A program made the position numbers and the translations under genes. Shown here one piece after another: positions 33,801-47,500 of a DNA stretch of 64,000 bases (position 1 is the stretch's first letter; each line of letters starts with the position of its first letter). Below the pieces are notes generated by a model, which saw nothing but the letters and a program-made list of their open reading frames with translations, made no database searches and was not told the DNA's origin. This stretch comes from Podarcis muralis (taxonomy: Eukaryota). The stretch spans positions 46,376,001 to 46,440,000 of the forward strand of contig NC_135673.1 in NCBI RefSeq assembly GCF_964188315.1, in the 5' to 3' direction.

Positions 33801-36072
33801 TTTGTGCTCAGGTCCTTATTGAAGGTTTCCCACAGTCATCTGGGTGCCCACTGTGAGAACAGGATTCTGGACTAGACTGCGATGGGCGTCAACCAGTAGG
33901 CTCTTATGATGTTCATAGCCCAGGCAGGACCCCTGCACCTCTATCTGTGAGATGGTGCCAAACACGGCCCTTACCTCTCAACGAGTTGCTTCCCTAAGAC
34001 AATCTTGGTTCCCTCCACTTTGATCAGCTCACTGTCATCGGTGGGGATGATGGTCTTCTCCAGCTCCTCCTCCTGCTCCACCGTCATGGCGACAGGCTTG
34101 GAGGGCAGTTTGGCTGGGCAGATTTTGTTGTTCTTCATGTGCCCACTGGACCCGCAAGCACCACACTTAATCTGCAAGCAAAAGCAAAGGAATGAATGGT
34201 TGCAGGCTACTTCAGAAGCACAAAAGCAGAGTTATCGAGGGATAGGCAGTGCTCCCATCAACTGTAACACCAGCACTAGCTGAAGGCAGCAACAAAACCA
34301 AGGTGGGGTGGGGTGGGGTGGAGTGGGAGCTTGTGAAAAAGCGCTGGACTTGTTCCCAAGCGCTCCCCTGCTGTGTGTACCTTTAAGCAGAAAGGCTGTT
34401 TGCACATTTTGAAAATAAAGTCTCAACCCATGCACATACCCACCCAGTGTGCACCGATGAATCCAATTTCTTTTTTTTTAATGGAATTACAAACTTGGTG
34501 GATCAGGGAAATGCTGTGGACATGGTGTATCTTGATTTCAGTAAGGCTTTTGACAAAGCCCCCCCAAGATACAGTGGTACCTCGGGTTACAGACGCTTCA
34601 GGTTACAGACTCCGCTAACCCAGAAATAGTACCTCAGGTTAAGAACTTTACTTCAGGATGAGAACAGGAATCATGCGGTGGTGGCGCAGTGGCAGTGGGA
34701 GACCCCATTAGCTAAAGTGGTACCTCAGGTTAAGAATAGTTTCAGGTTAAGAATGGACCTCCAGAAGTTCTTAACCCGAGGTACCACTGTATTCTCACAA
34801 GGAAGCTGGTAAAATGTGGGCTGAATGAGATATCTGAAATGTTAAAAGTTAAGGTTTCCTCTCCATGCCAAAAATTAGTCAGTGGTAATTGGAGCTGAAG
34901 CATATGTTAAATTTTCTTCTTTGTACATCATCTAACTTTCGCTTCATGCATCTGACAAGGGGGGCTTGAGTCCAGGAAATCTTATCCCTTAGTAAATTGT
35001 GTTAGCCTTTAAGGTGCCATGGGACTCTTTAAGTATTTCCATTGCATGGCTACCCCTCTGGGTTTTGTTTTGCTTTTTCTGGATTTTGCTACAATGCAAT
35101 CTGGATTCATCAAAATCTGTTTCAAAAAAGAAAGCTCCATTAGCTGGGCTGCATGACTCCTTCCACTAGACTTGGGGGAAGAGCAAGTAAAGCCCTCTGC
35201 TTTGGTTTCTGTGGTGCTGCGCAGCACACTGGCATATGTCTCTTCACAGATACAAGACCATTACTTCTTTATTTATAGTAACACTGCAAGAAAAGGAGCC
35301 AGAAGCAGCTGAAGCTGTCAAGAAAGCCTGCTTACCTTCTCCAACCTGAGCTTCTTCTTGGGAGGAGCCTTCTGCTGCTCCTTCTCTTTCTTTCGTTTAA
35401 GCCGCATCAACTTCAACTGGATCTGGCGCTTTTCACACCGCAGCTTCTGACGCTGCTTTTCTGAGATGGCAAACCTCCGGCTGGAAACACAAAGGCCTTC
35501 AGTTAAGGCAGTGGTGAGAAACACAATGTTGCAGGACTCCAACTCCCATCAACCCAGACCACTGACTATGCTGTCCAGCACTGATGGGAGCTGTAGTCCA
35601 ACAACACTCAGAGGACCATATATTTTTCCCATCCCTGGCCTATTGGTACGGCCAGCCAGTAAATATTCAGGCACTGAGATAAACATAAACCACACTGGGG
35701 GTCACAGTGGCTCTCTAGATGTTCTAAACTACATCTATCATCATCCCTGACCACTGGCTACACTGACTGGAGCTGATGGGAGCTGAAGTCCAACAACATC
35801 TGGAGGGCCACAGGTTCCTCATCCCTGCACTGCAGCATTGGCTGCTTCCTGATTTGATTTACTCTGCCTGACTCCATATGCTGGCTGTGTGTTTTATTTC
35901 CTGCTGCATCCTGCTCATATGTTTGTTAGCCTGCTTGCTTTAAATTTCATATAGAAAGAGGCAGAAAGGCAGGGTGTAATTTAAAAAACACACACAATAA
36001 AAATATAAACATACTGTGCATTTGCAGCCTTCTGCACCTCTCCTTTCACAAGGAGATTCCCACTCTACCCAA

Positions 36073-36126
<54 letters not shown>

Positions 36127-37419
36127 TTGTATACTGTTAATAATAATAATAATACCATTTGTATAGCACCCTTCATCCATAGATCTCGGGGTGGTTCGCA
36201 GCAAAAAAATACATGCTAAAAACACAAAATGCATAATAAAAACAAGAAAAGAAAAGAAAACAAGCCAATAACACCCCCTAAGGGAAAGCAGCCTCCCTGC
36301 GATGCCCTTACATCAGAGCTTTCCAAATTTTTCCTGCTGGTGACATACATTTTAGACATGCATCATTTCGTGACAAGTCCTGTTTTACTAGCAAACCAGA
36401 GGTTAAACTAACCCCTTTCCAGCCCCGGGATGAGCATGGAGAGTGTTCGTGCAACACACCTACACGCTACAGCCGACCCCTAACGTGTCATGACAGACAG
36501 TTTGGAAAGCTCTGCCTTACATGAACTCATCATCCTTGGTTTTCCTTATCTTCATGTAGGCGTTGATGACCAATGGATTGCGGACCGTCTCGCATCTCTC
36601 GTACTCCTTCCCGTCCTCATCACGGAAAGTGCGGAAGATTTTCAAGCAGTGGGGGGCGAAAGTGGTGGCAGGACCAGGGCTGGTCGCAGAAGCCATGCCA
36701 CTGCTATCGCTTGGCTCTCCTGGGTTGCCAGGGGTGGAGGCTGCAGGGGAAAGCATGGCTGTGTTGTCAAAGGCAGTGAGCTCCCTGGGCAAGAAACAAA
36801 ATGCCTAGTCTCCAAGATCCTATGGCAAGCTGCAAAGGCAGGCGTTCAGGAGCCTTGGGAGAGGGCGCACACAAAGGAACAGTCATCCACCACTGTACCA
36901 AGCAGAATTTTAGGCAATGTGCACCCCAGGCAGCCTCTTCACCAGCTTCTCATGCACATTTCTGTTCTACTCTCCAGCTTCTCTTTCTCTGTAATTACCA
37001 AGGCCTAAATGGTCAAGGACCATCACAAGGCCGGCCACCATCTGAATAAGCCCTGCTGACTATCCGATGCTTATCTTTGTTTCATTTCTCTGCAAAACAA
37101 GGCTCTTCTCCTAGTAGTGCTTGCAATTTGGAACGTTGTTCCTCCTGAAATCACACAGGCACACCTACAACCCTGATATTTTGCTGCATGTGAATACCCA
37201 TGTTCTGGGCAAGGGTTTGAACAGCATTAATGTGGTTCATTGTTGATCATTTTTTCTTTATTTTATTATTGTTTTACTATGGTGTATTTTTTAATGAGTT
37301 GGCAACTTATAAACATTCTTATAAATGAAAATGAACACATTTTGTGAAATGTTTCATCCTTCTCCTGACCTGTCTGCTAGTTATGCCACTTGTCAATGGC
37401 TACTGTTATTATTAATTGT

Positions 37420-37462
<43 letters not shown>

Positions 37463-38494
37463 CTCTCTCTTTCTCTCTTTCCCTCTTTCTTTTTCTCTCT
37501 CTCTTTGTCACTTTACCACCACAAGGGTCTCCAGGCAACTTGCAGAAAATACAAAGAAATTTGAAAAATTAGGTGCACTAAACACAATAAAATTATGATT
37601 CTACACAGATGCTCAACAATTAAATCATCACCTCCTTCCCCAAGTACATGAGTTATACAAAAACCACCATGCACTAAAAGAGAAAGTTAATAATAAAATG
37701 CCTGGGAAATAGAGAGAAGGAGATACTCTTCAGGCACCAGGCCCATTGCAGACCACCTCTGTGCAGCAAGGGGGAGAAATAAAAGAAAGCCATGAAAAAC
37801 GGGGAGGGAAGTCGACAAAACAAGAGAAAAATTTATTATGTATTGGAGTGTATATGTGAAATTTTTGAAAATTTAATAAAATATATGTTATAAGAAAAAA
37901 AAACCTGCTCCTTTTCCCTAACAGGGTACCCAAGAGCCCATGTAGAGAAATTAAATTAAAACCACAGTCCTGCTTAAAGATAAATAATAAATTATGTTTA
38001 TGTCTATATCTGTATACACACAGACACACACACCAGGACTACAGCTCCCATCATCCCTCACCATAGTCCATGCTGGCTGAGCCTGATGGAAGCTGAAGTT
38101 CAACACCACCAGGAGTGCGACGGGTGCCCCCCCCCCTTGCATTAAGACCATAACTGGGTGCTCTGTCTGGGGGCCTCCCTGCCCCTGCCAGGCACTCACA
38201 CAGCTCTTTTCCGTCCTTCTGGTTCTTCACACTCCTCTCCTTGTGGTTGATACTTGTCTTGTTGTCCTGTACCATGCTCTCAGTCTCCTTCCCCATCTCC
38301 TTAACATCACTGTCCTCAGCAGAGCTACTGTCAGTGTCTGTAGATAAGATGTCAGTGGACGCCAGAACTCTGCAGCAGAAAACCACCACAAGGGTCAATC
38401 TCTGAGGTCTGCACCATGGAAGCATTTGGGCCACAAACAGGATGATGGAAACACAAATACCACAGAGCCCTAGTGACTCTGCTACATCCAATTC

Positions 38495-38540
<46 letters not shown>

Positions 38541-41500
38541 CAAGCGCTGCCTTATCTAGAGTTGGACCACTGCGTCCATCTAGCTTAGTATGGACTACAC
38601 CAACTACCCGTAGCATTGGCAGAAGAACTCACTTGTTCTGCAAGTCAAAGATGCGTTGGCAGTTCTCCTTGTACCTCTCCTTCTGCTCTGCTGCAGAGAA
38701 GCGAGAACCACGGGCAAATTTGTTTGTCGATTCTTCATCAAAGCGAGCCTGCTTTGTGGATATCGCACGCACGACATCAACAATCTCCCAGCGGGAAAGC
38801 TTGCTGATCTGCAGAACGAGAGATTGGGTGACTGCAGGAGGCTGCCGAGGGAGGCCCAGGGCATGAAGGCATGCTCCTGCAACAGCCCCTACCCCGTGCT
38901 TACCTCCTCTTCAGGAATTCCAAACTGTCGCAGCATCTGCTTGCCACTTTTGAGTGGCAGACGCCGGAGATCTGCATCCGACCCAGTCACTGTCTTCTTC
39001 TGGAGCGGCTTGTCGTCCTGCTTGGAGGAGGAAGAGCAGGTTTCTTCCTTCTGATATCCTGCCCATTTGTCTCCCTCCCCACACTTCCTAGGCCTGGGCC
39101 TTGGGGAGAAACTCTTCAGCTCCAGTAGCCTCCCTAACCCTATGCAAGCCCCTCAGAGGTAATCAGGGGGTCTAGCAGGAAACTGTTCTGTCCCTTTCCT
39201 TGCCAATGAGTAAGAATGAAGGAGGAGGAGCAGGAGGAGTGGGGAGGAGGAGGAGGAGGCAGCCCCCTAAGAGGCTGGCCTACAACAATGGCTGGGCTGG
39301 CCCATTTTCCTAACTTTCCTAACCTGGGTCATCCACTTACTTTCCGCTGAGATGACTTGTGTGGGATCTTCACATAGGAGAATCCTTCTCCACATCCTGT
39401 AGGGTCTGCCACTCCAGTCACGTCCAAGAGACATTTCCCGTTCATTGCTGCAATAAAGGCCTGCGTAGTGTTCCAGGGGGCACAGCGTATCTAAGGGGTG
39501 GATGGGAGAAAGCCGTCACAAACTGGGTCTGTTTGGCAGGTGAAGGAAGAGGTTATCCGGAAGGAGCATCTCCACCCCCACTGTTTAGCCCGGACACTGA
39601 GGTCCAGCTCCAAGGGCCTTCTGGCCATTCCCCTACCGTGAGAAGCAAAGTTTCAGGAAACCAGGCAGAGGGCCTTCTCGGTAGTGGCGCCCACCCTGTG
39701 GAACAGCCTCCTGACAGATGTCAAACAGATAAACAACTACACAACTTTCCGAAGACATCTTAAGGCAGCCATGTATCAGGAAGTTTTTAATGTTTGATGT
39801 TTTGCTGTGCTTTTATTATGCTGGAGGCCACCCAGAGTGGCTGGTGAAACCCACTCAGGGTACAAACAATACATTCTTACAATTGTTATTATTATTATTA
39901 TTACTACCCCATCTAAGGTTATGGTTGAGAATATCTGGCACTTCCCTGGTGAGCCACTGTGCAGTGCTGGTTCTACCTCATCATCTATCTTCAGATTGCT
40001 TTCTTCTTCCTTTTCTCCTCCTTGCTGCTCTCCCTCCTCTTCTTTTTCTTCTTGGGCAATGAAGGATTTCATCCCATAACCTGCATCCTGAGGAAAGAGT
40101 TGGGAAGCAATTTCCTGAGTCACGTGGGACATGCCCATGCAAACAGGGGCACACAGAGGGGCCTTGGGCCACCCTGTTAGCACAGGACCTGTGATAACAG
40201 AAAGCAAGCTTTGTATTCAAGAGACCACATACTCAAGGAAAGAATCTCCCCATCACAGGCTACTGCCTTCCCGTTGTCCCTGTTCCCACTGGATGGCAAG
40301 TCTGCCCAAGGTTTTTAGCAGCCAAAGAATCAGCAGCCAAAGAATCCCAAAGACCTGCCTTCTCTTGAGTGGATGCCTCAGCTGGGGCAAGGGAGTCATC
40401 TTAGAGCAATAGGTAAGGTAAGACATCTGACAAGAGTCACCTGAAATGGTGTGTTACACTCAGATCCTGATACAAAGGTTACCTTATTTTTGTGTAACCA
40501 AAAGCATCGCTTTGAAGCAAAACTTTACAGAACAATTAATTTCTACTTTGCGCCCAGCACAGTGAAGCAACTTCTCATAAACCCATCTTTAGAAGTATTA
40601 AAAATTATATTACATTGAGTACAGGCAACTCCCTATTTGCATGTGATCTACATGTGTGCAGCCACACACAAGCCAGTCTTCCCACTTCTGGGGTCTGCCC
40701 AGGAGAGTCCTAGTGGCTTGCAAGGAGACCCTCCCCAGAGTCTGAAGGGGACATCTTTTTCTGCTCTGGGGAGAGTCTCCTCGTGAGCCAGAGGGGCAGT
40801 GGGGCTTTGTTGATACTCCTCAGATGATGTTCTAAAACTTGGGTCCCCAGCCGTTGTTGGACTACATCTCCCATCATTCCTTTTTTTTTTTTTTTTTTTA
40901 TAGAAGAAGAGTTTGGATTTGAAATCCCACCTTTCACTCCCTTTAAGGAGTCTCAAAGCGGCTAACATTCTCCTTTCCCTTCCTCCCCCACAACAAACAC
41001 TCTGTGAGGTGAGCGGGGCTGAGAGACTTCAGAGAAGTGTGACTGGCCCAAGGTCACCCAGCAGCTGCATGTGGAGGAGCGGAGACGCGAAATCTCCCAT
41101 CATTCCTGACCACTGGTCCCACTAGAAAGGGATAGTGTGCATCATAGTCAAACAAGAGCTGGAGACCCAAGTTTGAGAAACACTGCTCTAAGCAGTGTCT
41201 AGAAATATCCAACAGGACCTTACAAGACTGCTATTCAAAGTGCTATTCCACAGCTATGATGAAAGTCAAGTGCTAGCCATGTAAAAAACTGCCAGCCTAA
41301 CAAGGAGATGGATGAGGCTCCAGTCTCCTCAATCATAGCGAATGCACACTGCCTTTCTGCTTCCTTGAAGTGCACACACTGGATCTGGCTAGAATACAGT
41401 CAGCCTGGCCACTTCTCTCTTACATAGAAAGCTAGTCCATCTGGCTCACTGGTATCTACACTGCTTGGCAGCGGCTCTCCAGGAGATGCTGGAAATTGAA

Positions 41501-44500
41501 CCTGGGATATTCTGTATGCAAAGCAGATGCTTCTTCCACTGAACTAAGGCCTCTCCACAAAATTAATGTTAACTTTGAATGCCTAGGCCAGAACAACAGC
41601 TCTGCCTAAGCAGAAAACTCACTGTCAGCATATTTTTAACATTCTAAGCATTCCAATGAAAGCACCATATCCTATGAAGAACTGTTTTTGAGGCTCCTGG
41701 TGCATTGGAGGAGTTTGGGGGGGGGGGGAGGGCAGACATTCCTACTGCATCACCAAAAAGGGCAATTTCACAAAGGAAGGGACCATTTCTACCTGATGTT
41801 TAAGAGAATCTTATTATGGTACTACTGAAAGGGGAAATGCAGCTAGAAACACCGCTGGATGCACAACGCAAGACACAGGCTCATCTATTTCTTTGATTGA
41901 TAGCAAAAGATTGATTTATCTTTATGATGTATTTATTTATTAAATTTATATACAGTGGTACCTCTACTTACGAACGTGATCCGTTTCGGGGTGCCGTTCG
42001 CACCCCAAAAAGTCCATAAGTAAAGTGTTGCTACTGCGCGGGCGTGAAGCGCGATAAGAGTGCTTCTGCACATGCATGAAGTGCCCAGATCGCTTCTGTG
42101 CATGTGCGAAGCGCATAGATCGCTTCTGCACGTGCGGCGAACCCAGAACTAAACCCTAACAAGTTTGCCGCATTCGTAACCTGAAAAGCCACAACGTGAA
42201 GCAAACATAACACGAGGTATGACTGTATATTTATTTCCATTTAAACTTATTGCGTTCATATCACACTTTCTCCTCCCTCCCAAAAAAGGAGCTCAAGGTT
42301 TTCCCTTTCCTCATTTAATTCTCCCAACAACCCTGTTAGGTAGATGGGCCAGCCAAAATATTTCAGCCTCAAGGTCACCCAGTGAACTTCATGGCTGAGT
42401 GGGGACTTGAACCCTGGCCTCCCAGGTCCTGGTCTAATATTCTAACCACTACGCCACAGTGGCTGGCCATGTTTTGCAACCTACACTCTGCCTTTATAAT
42501 TCTCCCGCTGGTGGAGATTGGCAGAAGCAAGATGTCCTTGCAGTTCTCAAGTATCTTGCAGAGTGTGAAGGCAACCAACAAGGACTGAGGATATTCACAA
42601 AAGACACAGGCTCACCTTCAAATGCTGTTCGGCAGAGATCATGCTGTAATAGCCGCAGCACTGCTCTGGAGACACCATTGCTCTTATCTCCTCTTCGGTG
42701 GGCAGCCTGAAACCTGGCTTTAGTTTCCACCAGTTTGAGTACATCTCTGAAAGAAGCAGAGGTCCCTGCTGAGTCATACCAGGAATGATACCTGATTTGT
42801 AAGAACTCTGCTCTTTTAGTGTGGCAGGTCCTATACTTTGGAACTCCCTGTTTCTTGACGCCAGGCACTGCACTGCTAAAACTGTTTTTGTTTAGATAAG
42901 CCTACGCAGGTGCTTAGAATGTTGATGTGAGTTTTAATCCGTCTCTGGCCTACTGTCCCTTCCCCTTATAGTCTGAGCAACAGGAGAAGCAGGTAGACAA
43001 CATGCCAGAACCCACAGCCAAGGTGGAAAACCAAATATATACATATCGGGAACAAATAAAATATCAATAAATGCAGATTCAGTACCCCAAAACACATTCT
43101 ACCCAGACTTTTGCAATCACAGGGTGGTGAAATATGTTTCTCTATCAAGGTTTGAGATTCTTCACTGCATTATATATTTTATCTGATCTCAATGTTTTTT
43201 CAGATCTGTCTCCTAATACTTAAAACGGGGGGGGGGGGGTGTTACAGTTTTCAACAGCTTCCAAAAGCTTTTCTCCCTTGCTGGTCAGCCATTTTAAAAA
43301 ATGTTGCTTTGACCCTGGAAACAGATACAGTGGTGCCCCGCAAGACGAATGCCTCGCAAGACGAAAAACTCGCTAGACGAAAAGGTTTTCCGTTTTTTGA
43401 GTCGTTCCGCAAGACGAATTTCCCTATGGGCTTGTTTCGCAAGACGAAACGTCTTGCAAGTTCTTGCGAGTTTGTTTCCTTTTTCTTAAAGCCGCTAAGC
43501 TGTTAATAGCCGCTAAGCTGCTAATAGCCATTAATAGCCGCTAAGCCGCTAATAGCCGTGCTTCGCAAGACGAAAAAACCGCAAGACAAAGAGACTCGCG
43601 TAACGGATTAATTTCGTCTTGCGAGGCACCACTGTACACAGAGCACCCCACTCATGATTGTAAAGCCAGTAAGGGGATATCGGAGAAGAATGTGTGCAGG
43701 TGTGGGGAAGCGCTATGCTATAGACAATTAGGCATGGATACAGGGAGGCAAGCCTTGGGAATAAAAGCAGAGAAGAGTTCTTGTGATGAAAAAGGCATTT
43801 CCACGTCCTAAGGGTCCCAACCAGTCAGTCTGTAAGGCCAGAAGCCCACCTAGGGCTCTGAGGATCCTAGGAACCTGAAGGAGGAGGTGACAAACTGGTA
43901 GCAGCTCCCCAAGGTCTCAGCCGCAACAGAGACATTCCTGTTACTTGTTGCTTGGTCCTTTTAAGCAGAGATGGCAAAGGCGAAACGTGGGAGCTTCTGG
44001 AGGCAGAAGCAGTGGCCCTCCCCAGGAAAACAAGGCTATGCTCAGTGACCACCTCAGCAAAGTGGGGCTTCCCAGGAAGGCTGGTGCCTGGTATTGCAAG
44101 GGAGCACAAGCTTACGTGTGCGCTCATAGACTGCACAGGGCGTCAGCTGCCTCCGGACTCTGGTGTCTGAGACCAAAGGAAATGCGTTCCTGATATCCTC
44201 CATGCGGATCCTCTGGGGTTCGTCTCTCTTACTGAACAGGCGGTATATGAAGGCCTAACAAGAAAGCCAAAGGAACAGCTTGAGATGCCAGTGGGCAAGA
44301 AGGGAACCTGTGCATAGCCAAGCCCATTGACCTCTAAATGGGGGCCGTTCAGTCCTCTAAGGCAGTGTTTCCCAACCTTGGGCCTCCAGCTGTTTTTGAA
44401 CTACAATTCCCATCATCCCTGACCACTGGTCTTGCTAGCTAGGGATGATGGGAGTTGTAGTCCAAAAACAGCTAGAGGCCCAAGGTTGGGAAACACTGCT

Positions 44501-47500
44501 CTAAGGAGGGATCTAAATGATTCAGGCCTCAAATATCTGAAAGACCACCTCCTTCCCACAGAAGGCCTCTTGGTTGTTCCACTGCCTTCAGAAGCTGGGG
44601 GGTGGGGGCGTTTCCAGGATAGGGCCTTCTCTGTGTTAGCCCCTAAGTTGTCCACAGAGGGGCATCTGGCACAGTTTGGTGAACGCTCGATTCACCTCTC
44701 TTTGACACTTGTATATTTTTAGGACTCACCTTATTTCTGAAATTTTGTTTCAAACTGTTTTTAACATTGGGTTTTGATTGCTGTAACCTGCCCTGGGACC
44801 CTGGGGTAAAGGGCAAGTAAGAAATTGTAATCATCAGCAAGCCTTGGGAGGAGCATACAAAACTTTCCGGGAGACATTTGGGGTTTCAGGCAGCCCCCTG
44901 GGACAGCAACAAAGCTAATGGATATTCAGAGCCTGGAAAAAAGCACCAATGGGGCTCAAATGAAAACGGGAGCCGTTATGAGAGCCCTTTTGTCTCTCAT
45001 CCTCAGGCAACAGCGGAGGTGGCTCAATCTGCTTCTGCCATCCCCCTCGTTGCACATAGCTGAGTCTGTGCCTTCAGTACGGATCCACTTGGCAAGAAAT
45101 GGGGGCACTTGAGTATCATGAAGACTTGAAGCTCGAGCTGTGCAATATCACCAAACCCAACAATGAGAAGCTGGTGGTGATCACTGGGCAGCAAGAGCCC
45201 CAGTGAACAAATGCCTAAGTTCTGTGTGTCACATCCATATAAGGTTGCCTTGTCCAGAGTGCTTTTTCTGTCCTATTTTATTTGCCTGTGATTCTGGGAA
45301 GGGGAAATGAACAATAAGGCTGCATACTTGATAGGCAGCACTGCCCTAGCCCAAACCTAGGGAAGAACTGTTCAGAACACCAGATAACACATCCGCCTCA
45401 TGTGAATCCGCATCCGAGATATTGAACAAATATTTTTTCCTCTTGAAGGCAAGTAGCTAATCCTGATGCATTTGACTCTCCTTGGTTTCCATTTGTTTCT
45501 TTTGTAAACATGAACATGCAGAGCATTTGGCCTTCTAGAGGGCAAGGGGTTATTTTGGAAGGACACTTGTGTTTCTGTGATAATGAAAATTTGTCAGTGC
45601 CTTCAGCTAAGCTTCTTGAAGGAGGAAAACAACCTTGCAATGTGAATTGGGGAGGGAAGAGTGTCTTAGTTGTGCATGACCTTGTTTCATTTTGCAACGG
45701 TAAGTTTTATTGTATGCTATTTTGGAAAATACTAAAGAACAATTTAAAAAAAAAATCAATAGTCTCAAGCAAGTGAACCAAACTACAAAAGAGGGCAATT
45801 ACTTTGAAGTTACTAGTGAACGTGAACCAATCCATTTTTGAGCTCAAATATGAACACAAAACTTTTTAACAGTCTGCCCTCTTGCACAAGCCCATATGTC
45901 ACAGCTGCAACAACACTCCATTTTCCCTGAGCTTACTGCAGAGCTAATAACTTGCATAACCCACAGAAGACAAACCTGGAGAAAGTCTCGAATGTGAGCC
46001 TTGGCACGTTTGGAGTTGGGTTGAGGAACTTCAAAGAGAGGACATTGCTGTCCAACCACAAAGATATCCTGCAAATCCCGGATGTAGTAACCATTCTGAT
46101 CCTGGATAACTAAGAAGTCTGTTTCCGGCATCTTGTGACGATAAATCGGAGCCCGGAAGAGATTGTTTTCAAATGCCTGTCAAAAGGAAAGGGGCTACCT
46201 TGGTCAACTGCAACAGGAGTTAGGGAAAGAAAAAGAATCCAACATGACCTTACAGACCAGCTTTAGTCCTTGAGACATACAGTCAAACCTCGTTTTGCGG
46301 ATGGGATCTGTTCTGGAGGATCTGCACGTCGAAATGCCGCATCTGCACATGGGGCGATTTAGCGCTTCTGCGCGAGTGGCGACCCTGGAAGTAACCCATT
46401 CCGGTACTTCCAGGTTTGCCACAGACATTCGCCAAAGCGGAAGCAAGCGGAGGCGGATGCAGGATGAGGATGGGATTCTCCATCAAACCCAAGAGACAGT
46501 TGATACACAGCAAGATCAAAGGCGTACAAGCAGTGCAAGCTCACTACCCACACGCCAAGTCACCTTCCATTTTCCAAAGGTGACCAAAGTGCAAAACATT
46601 AGAAACAGCAAATGTACTGGCTGCTTGCCTTCACACAGTTCACTGTGGCACTCTCTGAAGTCATGGGCCAGAGGGAATACTGGATGCTGTCCATGGGTGG
46701 GACTGCCATGAACAAGTTGTTCGCCCCCCACCTTCCCAGGTATCTGGCCTCTGCTGGTACCTTGGGGAGAAGCACTCACACCCAGAGGACAGACTCCCTA
46801 GCCATGGAAGAATTCTCCACCGCAACTCTAATGACCAAGTCCAAGCTTTTATTGCAAGTGTCTGAGAGTTTTGGCAGAAAGCATTCCTGCCTTCTTTTAG
46901 ACATCTTCAGAAAGCCATACAGGTGACTCACATCTTATGCTTATTTTACTTACGAGGTTGTGGCTTTGGAGAGGTACGGGGAGCAAAATGAAAAAATGGA
47001 AAGTGGAGGAAACCCACTCTCCGTTTATTTATTTCCCCCCTGCACAGCTGGGGCCGCAGGGAAGGCATCACAAGGACTCTGGCAGTGCCCAAGAGCCCCT
47101 GTGCCTTCTTGTCACGAGCCAGGAGTCAGTTTCGCCTGCTGAACAGCAGCCTGGAGAAGGAGAAGGTGGAATGTCTGCACCTGTAGCTGATCAGCCTTCA
47201 AGGACACAGAGAAGGCACTGATGAGAATCAGCTGGCTTCAGCCTTTTTAAATAGAGCTCCCAGTATCAGTAGATGCTGGAAACAATGCCTGTGGTGCCTG
47301 GCCTTACCTTGCTGCTTCCTGCTCTCCACCTGGGCTCTGTAATCATCTGCTTTCCCTGATCTCTGGACTGTCTGACTTCATATGTGGATTCTCCTTTCTG
47401 GTAAGTATTCCTCAGAGACTCCTAGTCCTTGCTTGGCTCAGCAACAGGACTCATACGGGCTATGACATGCCTCCGCAAAGCCCAGCACCTTGGCTTACCG

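Noticed and set aside
36741-36786. Upstream acceptor at 36785 extending exon 23 ([14 protein letters not shown])
   Set aside because: Needs a phase-2 donor, but the strong exon 22 donor (T|gtgagt) is phase 1; the acceptor at 36741 fits.
36490-37008. 172-aa plus-strand ORF
   Set aside because: Antisense shadow of TAF1-like exon 23; no independent signal.
43420-43570. CRISPR-like repeat array
   Set aside because: Short internal repeats of a TA-flanked MITE in a vertebrate intron; no repeat-spacer periodicity or cas genes.
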